Shown: positions 46,931 to 59,669, counted from the first letter of the stretch. The stretch is DNA of 64,000 bases from an uncultured Prochlorococcus sp. (GCA_902591275.1 CACJAC010000003.1:8428-72427); one strand, 5' to 3'. Notes: a model not told the origin generated them from the sequence alone. Numbers and translations: made by a program.

Positions 46931-47548
46931 ATGGATATTCTACAAAAATTAAAAAACAACCAAAGAAGGATTGGTTTAACAGGAGGTATTGCAAGTGGGA
47001 AGACAACCATAACTAATTACATAAGAAAACATAGAAACATACCAATATTAGACGCAGATCATTTTTCAAGAGAATTAATCAAACCAAAGACATATGGATA
47101 TAAGAAAATTTTAGATTATTTTGGAAATAAAATTATTGATAATAAAAGCAATTCAGAAAGGGAAATAAACAGAACACTTTTAAGGAACATTATTTTTAAA
47201 CATTCAGCAAGCAAGGAATGGATTGAAAAACTACTTCACCCCTTAATTAAAGAAAGAATGATAGAAGAATGCAGTCAATACAGAAATAATCAAACTATAG
47301 TATTGGTTATTCCATTATTGTTTGAAGCAAAATTTGAAGATATTTGCACTGAAATATGGTTAGTTAAATGTCCTAAAGAAATACAAAAAAACAGACTTAT
47401 CACAAGAGATAAAATTAGCGAAAAAGAAGCATATGAATTGATAAATTTTCAATTAAGTTTTGAAGAAAAAAGAAAATTCTCTGATATTATTTTAGAGAAT
47501 TCGGATGATCAAAATAAATGGATCAATACGATAAAAGAGCTTCTTTAA
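46931..47548 (+). CDS. coaE: Dephospho-CoA kinase
   Basis: IGLTGGIASGKTT, DAD, LLHP, IPLLFE. Confidence 0.95.
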   Translation: MDILQKLKNNQRRIGLTGGIASGKTTITNYIRKHRNIPILDADHFSRELIKPKTYGYKKILDYFGNKIIDNKSNSEREINRTLLRNIIFKHSASKEWIEKLLHPLIKERMIEECSQYRNNQTIVLVIPLLFEAKFEDICTEIWLVKCPKEIQKNRLITRDKISEKEAYELINFQLSFEEKRKFSDIILENSDDQNKWINTIKELL

Positions 47549-47551
47549 GCT

Positions 47552-49024
47552 TTAGCTATTTAATTTTTCCATAAGAAGTTTATTTGCAAGTTTAGGATCA
47601 GCTTTACCTTTTGTTCTTTTCATAAGTTGACCAACAAAAAAACCAAGTAACTTAGTTTTACCATTTTTAAATGCTTGAACTTCATTTGGATGTTCATTTA
47701 TAAGTTCATCAATTATTGGTGAAATACTTGAAGAATCAGATATCATTGCCAACCCTTTTTCTTCAACTAATTTTTTCGGAGAAATATTTTTTTGAATAAG
47801 TTCAGGTAAAATTTCTTTTGCAATTTTTCCACTAATTATATTTTTTGAAATCATATTAATCATTTCAGCAAGATTTTCAGGACTAAGCTTTAATTCACTA
47901 AAACTTAGTTTTTTTGATTTTAAATACCCCACAATATCACTTGTTACCCAATTTGAAGCTAGTTTGGCCTCGGCACCATTTGCTACTGTTTCTTCAAAAA
48001 AGTTTGCCATGCTTATTTCATCAGAAATTACCCTTGCATCATATGCAGACAACCCAAATTGACTTACGTATTTATTTCTTTTCTTTGAAGGTAATTCTGG
48101 TAGTTCTTTAAACCATATTTCTTGTTGAGCTTTTGTTATTTCAATTGGACCTAAGTCAGGATCAGGAAAATATCTATAATCACTGCTACCTTCTTTTAAT
48201 CTCATACTTTTCGTTAATTGCTTAGCTTCATCCCATAACCTTGTTTCTTGGAAAATTTTTCCTCCATTTTCATAAACTTCAATTTGTCTGGCTATTTCAT
48301 AATCACAAGCCTTTTGAATTGCAGAAAATGAATTCATATTTTTTATTTCCACTTTGGTACCAAAAGGAGCATTAGGTCCTTTTCTAACTGAAATATTGAC
48401 ATCACAGCGTAATGAACCCTCTTGCATATTTCCGTCTGATACTCCTAGATATCTAACTGTTCTTCTAATCTCAGAAGCATATTCAGATGCCTCTTTACCT
48501 GATCTAATATCCGGTTTACTCACAATCTCACAAAGTGCTATTCCAGCACGATTGTAATCAACTAAAGAATACTTAGAGCCAGCTAATCTATCACTTCCTG
48601 AATGGACTAGTTTTCCGGCGTCTTCTTCCATATGTAGCCTTTCTATACCAATTTTTTTGATATAAGGTTCTTTGTCCTTTTCAATTATTTCAACATCTAA
48701 CCAGCCATTTTCAGCTAGTGGCTCATCAAATTGTGAAATTTGATAATTTTTAGGCAGATCAGGATAAAAATATTGTTTTCTATCAAATTTACAATGTTCT
48801 GCAACGTTTAAATTTAATGCTAACGAAGTTTTTACAGCATACTCAAGAACAGTCTGATTCAGAACTGGAAGAGTTCCTGGTAAGCCACAAACTACAGGAT
48901 CTATATGCGTATTAGGTGCATCACCAAAAGCTGTTGACGCAGATGTGAATATCTTACTTTTCGTATTAAGCTGTACATGAGTTTCCAAACCAATCACAGC
49001 TTCCCAAGATTCCAAATTGTTCAT
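47552..49024 (-). CDS. gatB: Asp/Glu-tRNA amidotransferase subunit B
   Basis: IGLETHVQL, YFYPDLPK, HMEEDAGK, DYRYFPDPD; ATG at 49024. Confidence 0.97.
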   Translation of the reverse strand: MNNLESWEAVIGLETHVQLNTKSKIFTSASTAFGDAPNTHIDPVVCGLPGTLPVLNQTVLEYAVKTSLALNLNVAEHCKFDRKQYFYPDLPKNYQISQFDEPLAENGWLDVEIIEKDKEPYIKKIGIERLHMEEDAGKLVHSGSDRLAGSKYSLVDYNRAGIALCEIVSKPDIRSGKEASEYASEIRRTVRYLGVSDGNMQEGSLRCDVNISVRKGPNAPFGTKVEIKNMNSFSAIQKACDYEIARQIEVYENGGKIFQETRLWDEAKQLTKSMRLKEGSSDYRYFPDPDLGPIEITKAQQEIWFKELPELPSKKRNKYVSQFGLSAYDARVISDEISMANFFEETVANGAEAKLASNWVTSDIVGYLKSKKLSFSELKLSPENLAEMINMISKNIISGKIAKEILPELIQKNISPKKLVEEKGLAMISDSSSISPIIDELINEHPNEVQAFKNGKTKLLGFFVGQLMKRTKGKADPKLANKLLMEKLNS

Positions 49025-49103
49025 TATTAAAAGTCTCTTTATTAATATTATTGGATATAAAGGAAAAGAGGACCAAAACACAAATAAAAATATTAATTTT
49101 TAA

Positions 49104-50213
49104 ATGGCACAAGAAACCAAAAATTCAATATTAATCATTGGCGGTGGACTTTTAGGTTTATCTATTGCTTATGAATTTTCTAGAAATAACTTCAAAGTTT
49201 TAGTTTTAAGCAAAAACAGAAATGAATCAGCTGGATTTGTTGCTGCAGGAATGTTAGCTACTCATGCCGAAGGACTTGAAGATGAATTACTAAAATTTGG
49301 CCAAGAAAGTCAAAAACTAATTCCAAAGTGGATAAAAAGTATTGAACAAGATACTAATATTAAATGCGGTTTAAAAAAATGTGGCATAGTAGTTCCTTTT
49401 AAAAACAAAAAAGATCTTGAAGAGTTTCCCACTTATGAATATGGAAAATATTTAAATCACAAAGATCTTGAAACAGAAATTAATGGAATGAATTCTATTT
49501 GGAAACATGGTTTACTTTTTGAACAAGATGGTCAAATAGATAACCGAAGAAGACTAATGCGTGCTCTTGAGAGAGCATGCTCCTTGCATGGTGTCGACTT
49601 TCAAGAGGGATCAGAAGTAAAGGATTTGATATTCGAAAAAAACAAAATTACAGGAGCAACAGTTTTATATGCTACTGGAGAAATAAAAAAAATTAACTGC
49701 GAAAAAGCAATTATATGCAGCGGTGCTTGGAGTAAAAAAATTTTTAATAAGATTCCAGTCTTTCCTATAAAGGGACAAATGCTATCAATACAAGGTCCAA
49801 CAAATTTTTTGAAAAGAGTTATTTTTGGTCCAAAAACTTATCTAGTTCCACGAGACGATGGACTTATCATAGTTGGAGCGACAGTTGAAAAAGATTCAAA
49901 ATTTAATCAAGGTAATACACCTAATGGAATAAAGCAACTGCAAGAAGGCATTCGCTCCTTATTACCAGAAGCTATTAATTGGCCACAAATGGAACATTGG
50001 TGGGGATTTAGACCTTGCACACCAGATCTGAAACCAATAATTGGAAAATCAAAAATTGAAAATCTTTTTATAGCTACAGGACATTACAGAAATGGAGTTT
50101 TATTTTCAGCAATAACAAGTGATCTTCTTTTGAAAATAGTTCAAAATAAAAATCTTAACGAAATAGAAAAAAGCTTTTTAGAAAAATTTAGTTTAGATAG
50201 ATTTACGATTTAA
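49104..50213 (+). CDS. thiO: Glycine oxidase ThiO
   Basis: GGGLLG, AAGML, PIKGQM, YLVPR, GFRP, ATGHYRNG. Confidence 0.92.
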   Translation: MAQETKNSILIIGGGLLGLSIAYEFSRNNFKVLVLSKNRNESAGFVAAGMLATHAEGLEDELLKFGQESQKLIPKWIKSIEQDTNIKCGLKKCGIVVPFKNKKDLEEFPTYEYGKYLNHKDLETEINGMNSIWKHGLLFEQDGQIDNRRRLMRALERACSLHGVDFQEGSEVKDLIFEKNKITGATVLYATGEIKKINCEKAIICSGAWSKKIFNKIPVFPIKGQMLSIQGPTNFLKRVIFGPKTYLVPRDDGLIIVGATVEKDSKFNQGNTPNGIKQLQEGIRSLLPEAINWPQMEHWWGFRPCTPDLKPIIGKSKIENLFIATGHYRNGVLFSAITSDLLLKIVQNKNLNEIEKSFLEKFSLDRFTI

Positions 50214-50216
50214 ATT

Positions 50217-50675
50217 TTAATTTTCAGATCGCCATTTCGAATCAGAGGTTTCCCACTCACATAATTCCTCTTCGTTAAACCATAGATCAATTTCAAATTT
50301 TGCTGTATCTTCTCCATCAGAACCATGAATAATATTCCTCCCAATATCAATAGCTAAATCACCTCTAATTGTTCCAGGCTCTGCTTCCAGAGGTTTTGTT
50401 GCACCTATTAGTTTTCTAGCACTCAAAATAACTCCTTCGCCTTCCCACACCATTGCCACAACAGGACCACTTGAAATAAAGTCTACTAAATCACCAAAAA
50501 AAGGTCTTTCTCTATGTACTCCATAATGATTTTGAGCAAGTTCTTTTGAAGGAATTAATTGTTTTAATCCAACCAATTTAAATCCTTTTTTTTCAAATCT
50601 GCCAATAATCTCAGAAATATATCCTCTTTGAACACCATCTGGTTTAATTGCAATAAAAGTTCTCTCTTTGTTCAT
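50217..50675 (-). CDS. ndk: Nucleoside diphosphate kinase
   Basis: [25 protein letters not shown]. Confidence 0.98.
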   Translation of the reverse strand: MNKERTFIAIKPDGVQRGYISEIIGRFEKKGFKLVGLKQLIPSKELAQNHYGVHRERPFFGDLVDFISSGPVVAMVWEGEGVILSARKLIGATKPLEAEPGTIRGDLAIDIGRNIIHGSDGEDTAKFEIDLWFNEEELCEWETSDSKWRSEN

Positions 50676-50797
50676 TTAGTTAATAATCACTTTATGTATA
50701 TTCAACTTTTGGGTGGTAACTTGGCAAGTAATCATTAAAATAAAAGATATTGTTTTGAGTTATTTTCAAAAACATTTATTAATCACTAAGACATAAA

Positions 50798-52744
50798 TTG
50801 ACCAATTTTGAGCCGAAAAAATTAAAGAATATTTGGACTATTGAAGATAGTATTTCAACTTATAACATAGATAAATGGGGCGATAAATATTTTTCTATAA
50901 ATTCCAAAGGAAATATATCAGTAACTAAAGATATAAAATCTGAAAATGAGATTGATCTTTTTAAGCTTGTCAAAGAACTTAAGAGTAGAGAAATAAATCC
51001 TCCATTAATCATAAGATTTAATGATATCTTGAAAGATCGAATAAATGCATTACATGACTCTTTTTTAAAAGCAATAAAAACTTATAAATATAAGAACATT
51101 TATCAAGGCGTTTTTCCTGTCAAATGTAATCAACAGAAAAATGTCCTAGAAAAGATAATAGAGTTTGGTAGCCAATGGAATTTTGGTTTAGAAGTAGGAA
51201 GTAAATCAGAACTATTAATTGGCCTTGCACTTCTTGAAAACCAAAATTCATTATTAATATGCAACGGATATAAAGATAAAAAATATATTGAGATTGCTAC
51301 TTTGGCCAGAAAACTCGACAAAAATCCAATAATAGTAATTGAACAACGAGATGAAGTAAAAAGAATTATTCAAGCAGTTCAAGAACTTAACGCGACGCCA
51401 TTGATAGGAATTAGAGCAAAGTTATCAAGTAAAAGTAGTGGTAGATGGGGTAAATCTATTGGAGATAATTCCAAATTTGGATTATCAATACCAGAAATTA
51501 TGTTGACAATAAAAGAACTACAAGAAGCGAATCTTATCAACGAAATGAAATTGCTCCATTTTCATATAGGCAGTCAAATAAGTGATATTGCTGTGATCAA
51601 AGACGCATTACAAGAAGCTAGTCAAATATATGTTGAACTATGCAAACTAGGAGCCCCAATGCAATATATCGACGTTGGGGGAGGATTAGGAATAGATTTT
51701 GATGGAACTAAAACCTCCTCCAACACCTCTACTAATTATTCTCTTCAAAATTATGCTAACGATGTAATTGCAACTATTAAGGATTCATGTGAATTAAATA
51801 ATATCAAGCATCCAACCATAATCTCAGAAAGTGGAAGAGCAATAATTAGTCATTGTTCAGTTTTAATTTTTAATGTCTTAGGAACAAGCCATGTCAGTTC
51901 CGAACTACAAATTTTTGATAAAAAAAATCAACAATTAATAATTTCAAATTTACTTGAAACTTTCTTTGCATTAAAAAAACTTAAAAATAAAAAAATAAAT
52001 TTATCTCAAATAATTGAACTATGGAATGATGCAAAAAAGTTTAAAGAAGATTGCTTAGTCGCTTTTAGATTAGGATTTTTAAGTTTGGCAGAAAGAGCTT
52101 ATGCCGAAGAACTTACTTGGGCTTGCGCAAAAGAAATTTCTAATAACCTTAATAATGATGAAATCAATCACCCTGATTTATCTGAAATTACAGAAACTCT
52201 TGCATCAACTTATTATGCAAATTTATCTATCTTTAAATCAATTCCTGATAGCTGGGCAATAAATCAGATTTTTCCAATAGTACCAATACATAGGCACTTA
52301 GAGGAGCCGTTCTGCAAAGGCAACTTTGCAGATTTAACTTGTGATTCAGATGGGAAACTAAATAATTTTATTGATAATGGAAAAATTAAATCACTACTAA
52401 ATTTGCATAAGCCAGAAGAAGATAAAGATTACCTAATTGGAATTTTTATGACTGGAGCCTATCAAGAAGCATTAGGAAACTTGCACAATTTATTTGGGAG
52501 TACCAACGTTGTTCATATAGACATAAATCAAGATAATTCATATAAGGTCAGAAATATTATTAAAGAGGATAGTAAATCTGAAATTTTACAATTATTAGAT
52601 TACAGTTCAGCTTCTTTGGTTGAATCTATAAGAATTAATACTGAATCAGCAATTGATCAAAAAAAATTAACTATTGAAGAAGCAAGGAAATTAATGGATC
52701 AAATCGAAATTAGTCTCAGAAAAAGTAGTTATTTATCAGAATGA
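50798..52744 (+). CDS. speA: Biosynthetic arginine decarboxylase
   Basis: [40 protein letters not shown]. Confidence 0.96.
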   Translation: MTNFEPKKLKNIWTIEDSISTYNIDKWGDKYFSINSKGNISVTKDIKSENEIDLFKLVKELKSREINPPLIIRFNDILKDRINALHDSFLKAIKTYKYKNIYQGVFPVKCNQQKNVLEKIIEFGSQWNFGLEVGSKSELLIGLALLENQNSLLICNGYKDKKYIEIATLARKLDKNPIIVIEQRDEVKRIIQAVQELNATPLIGIRAKLSSKSSGRWGKSIGDNSKFGLSIPEIMLTIKELQEANLINEMKLLHFHIGSQISDIAVIKDALQEASQIYVELCKLGAPMQYIDVGGGLGIDFDGTKTSSNTSTNYSLQNYANDVIATIKDSCELNNIKHPTIISESGRAIISHCSVLIFNVLGTSHVSSELQIFDKKNQQLIISNLLETFFALKKLKNKKINLSQIIELWNDAKKFKEDCLVAFRLGFLSLAERAYAEELTWACAKEISNNLNNDEINHPDLSEITETLASTYYANLSIFKSIPDSWAINQIFPIVPIHRHLEEPFCKGNFADLTCDSDGKLNNFIDNGKIKSLLNLHKPEEDKDYLIGIFMTGAYQEALGNLHNLFGSTNVVHIDINQDNSYKVRNIIKEDSKSEILQLLDYSSASLVESIRINTESAIDQKKLTIEEARKLMDQIEISLRKSSYLSE

Positions 52745-55389
52745 CTAGCTAATGTTTTTTGCAAATAATCTTTAGCATAATCTAAAGCATCACTTAACTT
52801 ATCAATTTCTTTAGCACCTGCTTGAGCAAAGTTAGGCTTTCCTCCTCCACCTCCAGAACAAATTCTTGCAATCTCATTTATTAATTTACCTGCATGCAAT
52901 CCTATTTTTACTGCATCATCGCCTAAAGAAACTACAAATAACAACTTTCTATTTTCTGGATTTGGTATTCCCCCAAGAATCAATATTGCTTTATTTCCCA
53001 AATGAGAAGTTAAATTAAGTGCTGCAGATTGCAAAGAATTCCCATCTAAACCATCAATCTGATTTACTAAAATTGAAAAAGAATTTACTATTTCTGCGGA
53101 TGATTTTAAAGAAGAGTATTTAAAATATGCAATTTCATCTTTCATTTTTTGTATCTCTTTATTCTTATTAATAAGTTCTGCTTGCAAATTATTAACCCTT
53201 TCAAAAAGTTGATTAGGATTTGCTTTTAACAAATCACTTAGTTGGTTTACTAATGCATTTCTATCACTGAAATAGTCTAATGCTGATTGGCCTGATAATG
53301 CTTCGATTCTTCTTACTCCAGCTGAGATTCCTTCCTCACTAATTATTTTGAAAGAACCTAATTCGGATGTAGATTTAACATGTGTGCCACCACAAAGTTC
53401 CATTGAAACTCCTGGTACATTAACAACGCGCACTTCATCATCATATTTTTCTCCAAACATGGCGACTGCGCCCTTTTCAAAAGCCTCACTCTTAGACATA
53501 TTTTTTATTTCTAGGGCATGATTTTCCATAATCCAAGAGTTAACTAAAGTCTCAACCTTAGAAATTTGATCTTTAGAAATAGGATTAGAGGAATTAAAGT
53601 CAAATCGTAATTTATTAAAGGCTACTAATGAACCTTTTTGTCCAACACTTTCATCAATAACTGATTTAAGTGCAGATTGTAATAAATGAGTAGCTGTATG
53701 ATTTGCAGCAGCCTTAGCTCTATTAGAGGAGCTAACATTAGTCCTAACTTTTTGTCCAATAGTTAATTTTCCTTTTTTGATCGTTCCATAATGTAAAAAA
53801 ACATTTTTCTTTCGCATGACATTATCAACCAAGACCTCAACATCGTTTGAAAATATCGTTCCAATATCACCAACTTGCCCGCCAGATTCTCCATAAAAAG
53901 TTGTCTGATCAAGAACAATTAAAACTTTCTGACCTTCACTTGCTTCCTTAACTAATGTTGAATCCAAGAATATACCCTTTATTTCAGCTTCCGAAAGGAG
54001 TGACTTATAACCATTAAAAACAGTTTTGTTAAAAAGATCTATTTCTCGCTCTAATGATCCCTCTAATGTCAAATCAATATTACTTGAAGCAGCTTTAGCT
54101 CTCTCTTTTTGTGCATTCATTTCTTCTTCAAAACCCTTTACATCTACACTGATACTATTTTCTTCTGCAATTTCTACAGTAAGTTCTAGAGGAAATCCAT
54201 AAGTATCATAAAGTTCAAAAGCTTTAAAACCGGAAATTAATTTCTGCCCTGAAGAAATTATCTCATCTAGCAATTTCTCTCCTCTTTCAAGAGTTTCCCT
54301 AAATCTTGTTTCTTCAATTTTTATCTCATTCAAAATTAAATCATTATTATTTTTTAAATCAGGATAATTATTTTGCATTAAATTGATTCCGACAGTAGCA
54401 ATATGAGGTAAAAATTCATTTGTTATTCCTAATAATCTCCCATGTCTGACCATTCTTCTAATAAGCCTTCTTAATATATATCCCCTGCCGAGATTACTTG
54501 CTGCTACTCCATCAGAAATTAAATGAATAACAGCTCTTGTATGATCACCAATAATTTTTAAAGAAATTTTGTTTTTATCATCTGAAGAAAAATAATCAAT
54601 ATTTGCAATCTCACAAATTTTTTTAATGATAGGAAAAATTAAATCTGTCTCATAATTATTTTGCTTTTTTTGTAGTATTTGAGCCATCCTTTCAAGGCCC
54701 ATTCCCGTATCAATATTTTTAAATTTTAAATCTGTCAATTTTCCATTAGGATCACGATTATATTGCATAAAAACAAGATTATAAAATTCAATAAAACGAT
54801 CTCCATCTTCTAAATCAATATTTTGCAAACCCTTTTCAGGATGAAAATCATAATAAAGTTCTGAACAAGGTCCACATGGACCTGTTTTGCCAGATGACCA
54901 AAAATTATCTTCCTCTCCTAGTTTTACTATCCTATCTGGGTGAATACCAATTTCATCTCTCCAAATTTTTGCAGACTCTTCGTCTTCGTGAAAAACACTT
55001 ACAATTATATTTTCAACAGAAAGTTGATAAATATTAGTAACTAATTCCCAAGCCCATTGAATAGCTTCTCGTTTAAAATAATCTCCAAAGGAAAAATTAC
55101 CAAGCATTTCAAAAAAAGTGTGGTGTCTTGCTGTCACTCCAACGTTTTCTATATCATTTGTTCTGATGCATTTTTGGCTAGATGTAGCCCTTTTTGATGG
55201 TCTTTCTTTTAAACCTAAAAAAACTGGTTTAAAAGGTAGCATTCCAGCAATTGTGAGCATAACCGTAGGGTCATCTGGAATCAAAGATGCACTTGGAATG
55301 ATTTTATGTAATTTTTCACTGTAAAATTTTAAAAAAGCATTTCTTATCTCATCTCCAGTAACTATTTTTTTAATTAGTTGAGATGTCAT
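52729..55389 (-). CDS. alaS: Alanine--tRNA ligase
   Basis: [40 protein letters not shown]. Confidence 0.98.
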   Translation of the reverse strand: MTSQLIKKIVTGDEIRNAFLKFYSEKLHKIIPSASLIPDDPTVMLTIAGMLPFKPVFLGLKERPSKRATSSQKCIRTNDIENVGVTARHHTFFEMLGNFSFGDYFKREAIQWAWELVTNIYQLSVENIIVSVFHEDEESAKIWRDEIGIHPDRIVKLGEEDNFWSSGKTGPCGPCSELYYDFHPEKGLQNIDLEDGDRFIEFYNLVFMQYNRDPNGKLTDLKFKNIDTGMGLERMAQILQKKQNNYETDLIFPIIKKICEIANIDYFSSDDKNKISLKIIGDHTRAVIHLISDGVAASNLGRGYILRRLIRRMVRHGRLLGITNEFLPHIATVGINLMQNNYPDLKNNNDLILNEIKIEETRFRETLERGEKLLDEIISSGQKLISGFKAFELYDTYGFPLELTVEIAEENSISVDVKGFEEEMNAQKERAKAASSNIDLTLEGSLEREIDLFNKTVFNGYKSLLSEAEIKGIFLDSTLVKEASEGQKVLIVLDQTTFYGESGGQVGDIGTIFSNDVEVLVDNVMRKKNVFLHYGTIKKGKLTIGQKVRTNVSSSNRAKAAANHTATHLLQSALKSVIDESVGQKGSLVAFNKLRFDFNSSNPISKDQISKVETLVNSWIMENHALEIKNMSKSEAFEKGAVAMFGEKYDDEVRVVNVPGVSMELCGGTHVKSTSELGSFKIISEEGISAGVRRIEALSGQSALDYFSDRNALVNQLSDLLKANPNQLFERVNNLQAELINKNKEIQKMKDEIAYFKYSSLKSSAEIVNSFSILVNQIDGLDGNSLQSAALNLTSHLGNKAILILGGIPNPENRKLLFVVSLGDDAVKIGLHAGKLINEIARICSGGGGGKPNFAQAGAKEIDKLSDALDYAKDYLQKTLASHSDK

Positions 55390-55508
55390 TTATTCAGAAT
55401 AAGAAGATTAAAAATTAAAGAAAAGCGTAATTTCGGTTATTTCGCAAAAATAATCACGCGAATTTATATTCTATATAACTAAAGTTAATTTATAAAGCTA
55501 ATTATTTT

Positions 55509-57284
55509 ATGATAGCCTCTGCCCAGACAAATAATTCTAAATTGGCACAAACTAATAACAAGTTGACAGTTCAATCTCAAAACTTTGCTGATGATTCTTG
55601 TGCCATAAGATCTTTGGATTGGGATCGCAGTAGATTTGATATTGAATTTGGTTTAAGAAATGGAACTACTTACAATAGTTTTATTATTAAAGGCGAGAAA
55701 CTAGCAATTATTGATACTAGTCACGCAAAGTTCGAAGAATTATGGTTTGAAGAATTACTGAAAAAGGTAAATCCGCAAGAAGTTGATTATCTAATTACTA
55801 GCCATACAGAACCTGATCATTCTGGTTTAATAGGTAATCTTTTAGAATTAAACCAAAACATCACAGTAGTTGGATCAAAATTAGCACTTAAATTTATTGA
55901 AGACCAAATACATATTCCCTTTAAACGTCTAGAGGTTAAAAGTGGAGAGTTTTTAAATCTCGGAACTAATCCTAATAGTGGTTTAGAACATAATATTGAA
56001 TTTATAAGTGCACCAAATTTACATTGGCCAGATACCATATTTTCATATGATCACAGCACAAATGTTCTCTATACATGCGATGCATTTGGACTCCATTATT
56101 GTTCTGACGAATTTTTTGACACAGATCAAAAAGAAATATACGATGATTTCCGGTTTTATTACGATTGCCTTATGGGTCCAAACGCTAGAAGCGTTATTCA
56201 GGCAATTAAAAGAATAGATAAGCTACCTGAATTAAAAACAATAGCTGTTGGTCATGGGCCTTTGCTGCATAATCAGGTCAATTTTTGGAAAGGAAAATAT
56301 CTTGAATGGAGTAGTAATAAAAGTAAAGGCAATGATTTTGTATCAGTATGCTACATAAGCGACTATGGTTATTGTGATCGACTAAGTCAAGCGATATCTC
56401 ATGGAATAAGCAAAGCAGATGCTCAGGTTCAGTTAATTGATTTAAGATCTTCTGACCCGCAAGAATTAACAAGTTTAATTTCCGAATCAAAAGCAGTAGT
56501 CATTCCCACATGGCCAGTAGACTCAGATAATGAATTAAAAGAGTCTCTCGGTACTTTATTTGCAGCACTAAAACCAAAACAATTTACTGCAGTTTATGAT
56601 GCATTTGGCGGAAATGATGAACCTATAGATTCCTTAGCAAATAAATTAAGGGAACTTGGTCAAAAAGAAGCTTTCTCTCCCTTAAGAGTTAAAAATATTC
56701 CAGATCCCATTGTTTATCAACAATTCGAAGAAGCTGGAACTGACTTGGGTCAATTGATCAATAAAAAGAAGAATATTGCCTCCATGAAGAGCCTTGATTC
56801 AAATTTAGATAAAGCGTTAGGGAGATTAAGTGGAGGATTATATGTAGTTACAGCGAGCCAAGGCGAAGGTTCTACATTTAGACAAAGTGCAATGGTCGCA
56901 AGCTGGGTTAGTCAAGCAAGCTTTTCTCCACCAGGTATTACAGTTGCAGTAGCAAAAGATAGAGCTATTGAATCATATATGCAAGTTGGGAAAGGTTTTG
57001 TTGTGAATATACTGAGAGAAGATAACTATCAAAAAATGTTCAGACATTTTTTAAAAAGATTTGCTCCTGGAGCTGATAGATTTGCAGACGTAGATGTAAT
57101 TAGCAACATCGCGGAAGGTGGACCAGTTCTCTCAGATTCACTCGCCTTTTTAGATTGCAAAGTTAGTTCCAGACTAGAGACTCCAGACCATTGGATAATT
57201 TACGGAGTTGTTGAAAATGGTAATGTTTCTGACTTATCATGTAAGACAGCAGTTCATCACAGAAAAGTTGCTAATCACTACTAG
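55509..57284 (+). CDS. flv3: Class C flavodiiron protein with canonical diiron ligands (Flv3-type)
   Basis: GTTYNSF, SHTEPDH, LHWPD, CDAFG.H, GHG; flavodoxin and flavin reductase domains. Confidence 0.9.
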   Translation: MIASAQTNNSKLAQTNNKLTVQSQNFADDSCAIRSLDWDRSRFDIEFGLRNGTTYNSFIIKGEKLAIIDTSHAKFEELWFEELLKKVNPQEVDYLITSHTEPDHSGLIGNLLELNQNITVVGSKLALKFIEDQIHIPFKRLEVKSGEFLNLGTNPNSGLEHNIEFISAPNLHWPDTIFSYDHSTNVLYTCDAFGLHYCSDEFFDTDQKEIYDDFRFYYDCLMGPNARSVIQAIKRIDKLPELKTIAVGHGPLLHNQVNFWKGKYLEWSSNKSKGNDFVSVCYISDYGYCDRLSQAISHGISKADAQVQLIDLRSSDPQELTSLISESKAVVIPTWPVDSDNELKESLGTLFAALKPKQFTAVYDAFGGNDEPIDSLANKLRELGQKEAFSPLRVKNIPDPIVYQQFEEAGTDLGQLINKKKNIASMKSLDSNLDKALGRLSGGLYVVTASQGEGSTFRQSAMVASWVSQASFSPPGITVAVAKDRAIESYMQVGKGFVVNILREDNYQKMFRHFLKRFAPGADRFADVDVISNIAEGGPVLSDSLAFLDCKVSSRLETPDHWIIYGVVENGNVSDLSCKTAVHHRKVANHY

Positions 57285-57300
57285 AAAATAAGTCTTTAAA

Positions 57301-59103
57301 ATGTCAGATATTAATATAGGCTTACTTGCAGAAAATCAAAACTTATCAGAATTTAAAATTAGCAATAATTTTTCTTGTGTAAGATTCTTAGACCAAAATA
57401 AAGAAAGATTTGAACTTGAATTTAACCTTGAAAAAGGAACCTCTTTTAACACTTTTTTCATTAGAAGTGATGAGGAACTTTTTATTATTCATCCACCTGA
57501 GAAACAATATTTAGATTCGTTTAATAAAGTAATTTCTAGGTTTTGTGATCAATTTAAATTAGGTAAAATCAACTTTATTTCTGGTCATATTAATCCCCAA
57601 ATAATTGAAACTATAAAGAATATAAGTTCCAAATTTGAAAACACAACTATTACTTGCTCTAATCCAGGTTATAAACTTATTAGCGAACTTTGGAATCAAA
57701 GAAATCCTAACTTAAAAGACTTCATTGAAATTCAATTACCTAAAGTAAACATAGTTAAAAAGGATCAAAATTTAGAATTAGATAACATTTCACTAGAGTT
57801 AATTCCTATTCCAACAGCACGTTGGCCTGGAGGTCTGATAATTTATGAACGTAATCAAGAAATCCTTCTAAGTGAAAAAATTTTTTCTGCTCACATTGCT
57901 TCTTCAGATTGGTCTGAAACAAATCGAGTTAGTACAGAAATTGATAGGAAACATTTTTATGATTGCTTAATGGCACCAATGTCTAATCAAGTAATATCAA
58001 TAACTGAAAAAATTACAGATTACGATATTAAAACTATTGCACCATTACATGGCCCCGCTATCGAATATAGCTTAAAAAGCTTCTTAAATGACTACATTAG
58101 ATGGGGTGAAAATCTCTCAACAAATAATCCTAAGATCGCTCTGATATATGCAAGTGCATATGGAAATACAGCCTCAATAGGTGATGCATTGGCTAAAGGG
58201 ATAAATAGAACTTCTGTCGAAGTTGAAAGTATAAATTGTGAATTTACACCAAATGATGTACTTATAAAATCTATCAAAAACGCTGATGGATATTTAATAG
58301 GATCACCAACACTAGGTGGGCATGCCCCAACTCCAATAGTAAGTGCACTAGGAACATTATTATCAGAGGGTAATAGAGATAAGCCAGTGGGAATTTTTGG
58401 TAGTTTTGGCTGGAGCGGCGAAGCTATAGATTTACTTGAAACAAAATTAAAAGACGGTGGTTTTAAGTTTAGTTTTGACCCTATTAGGATTAAATTCAGT
58501 CCAAATAAACCAAAGATTAAAGAATTAGAAGAAATAGGAACTCACTTTGGAAGAAAAATTATAAAAAAAGCAAAGAAAAAACCCAGAAAATCTGATACTG
58601 GAATGATTACAAGCAAAACGGATCCAAAGCTACAAGCTCTTGGAAGAGTTATTGGTTCACTTTGTGTTCTGACAGCCTCTAAAGGCAAAGATGAGAATAA
58701 TATTAAAGGAGCCATGCTTGCATCTTGGGTTAGTCAAGCAAGTTTTTCTCCGCCAGGGTTAAGTATTTCAGTAGCAAAAGATAGATCAGTAGAGTCTCTT
58801 CTACAAGTAGGAGATTCATTCGCATTAAATATTCTTAGTGAAAAAGATTTTAAAGAACCTTTGAAAAGATTCACAAAGCCCTTTGCACCTGGAGAAGATA
58901 GATTTGAAGGAATAAATATTGAATTAACTCCTAATGAACAGATAATAATTCCTGAATCGCTAGCATGGTTAGATGCTTCTGTAAAAGAGAGAATGGAATG
59001 TGGAGATCATTGGGTAATTTATGCCGAAGTACTACACGGTAATATACTAAAATCCGATAGTCTAACAGCAGTTCATCACCGCAAAACAGGTGCTAACTAT
59101 TAA
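57301..59103 (+). CDS. flv1: Class C flavodiiron protein with non-canonical ligands (Flv1-type)
   Basis: GHINPQ, ARWPG and SEKIF replace the canonical ligands; SAYGNT, GSPTLGG, flavin reductase tail. Confidence 0.88.
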   Translation: MSDINIGLLAENQNLSEFKISNNFSCVRFLDQNKERFELEFNLEKGTSFNTFFIRSDEELFIIHPPEKQYLDSFNKVISRFCDQFKLGKINFISGHINPQIIETIKNISSKFENTTITCSNPGYKLISELWNQRNPNLKDFIEIQLPKVNIVKKDQNLELDNISLELIPIPTARWPGGLIIYERNQEILLSEKIFSAHIASSDWSETNRVSTEIDRKHFYDCLMAPMSNQVISITEKITDYDIKTIAPLHGPAIEYSLKSFLNDYIRWGENLSTNNPKIALIYASAYGNTASIGDALAKGINRTSVEVESINCEFTPNDVLIKSIKNADGYLIGSPTLGGHAPTPIVSALGTLLSEGNRDKPVGIFGSFGWSGEAIDLLETKLKDGGFKFSFDPIRIKFSPNKPKIKELEEIGTHFGRKIIKKAKKKPRKSDTGMITSKTDPKLQALGRVIGSLCVLTASKGKDENNIKGAMLASWVSQASFSPPGLSISVAKDRSVESLLQVGDSFALNILSEKDFKEPLKRFTKPFAPGEDRFEGINIELTPNEQIIIPESLAWLDASVKERMECGDHWVIYAEVLHGNILKSDSLTAVHHRKTGANY

Positions 59104-59120
59104 ATTTATTTACCTAATTT

Positions 59121-59645
59121 ATGACTGAAACAAAAGATATAATAATCATTACGGCTAGTTGCGGTAAAAATCTAGAACTTTCTGAAAAATTTCTTGAAAA
59201 AAGTAATGAACTGAAAATAAGTTCTGAAATTTTAGATCTTACTTCTCTTGATATTCCATTATTTAATCCAAGAATTCACAGCAAAGAAAATATTCCAAAT
59301 GAAATAGAAGAATTAAAAAAAAAGCTTTTCGAGATTGAAAGGTGGGTTATTTGTGCGCCTGAATATAATGGATCTATACCTCCCATTCTCTCCAACTTCA
59401 TAGCATGGCTATCTATTTCGGGAGATGACTTTAGGAATTTATTTAATGGTCAACCTATTGCAATTGCAACATTTTCTGGTGGCATAGGGTTAGAACTACT
59501 GACCTCATTACGAATTCAATTAGTGCATTTAGGAAGTCAAGTATTAGGAAGACAACTTTTGTCGTCATATAGTAAACCTATAGATACAAAAACTATTGAA
59601 GATATTATTCAAAGACTTTTACAAATGAAAAAATTAAAAACATAA
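59121..59645 (+). CDS. NADPH-dependent FMN reductase family protein
   Basis: APEYNGSIPP, ATFSGG. Confidence 0.88.
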   Translation: MTETKDIIIITASCGKNLELSEKFLEKSNELKISSEILDLTSLDIPLFNPRIHSKENIPNEIEELKKKLFEIERWVICAPEYNGSIPPILSNFIAWLSISGDDFRNLFNGQPIAIATFSGGIGLELLTSLRIQLVHLGSQVLGRQLLSSYSKPIDTKTIEDIIQRLLQMKKLKT

Positions 59646-59669
59646 ACTTTTAATAGCTAAAAATTAATC

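Noticed and set aside
763-58277. Many 60-140 aa ORFs antisense or out of frame within long genes (e.g. 763-1098, 9443-9859, 10815-11135, 12718-13032, 15817-16131, 36312-36599, 45018-45287)
   Set aside because: They lie within or largely overlap well-supported genes and have no recognisable motifs; these are shadow ORFs
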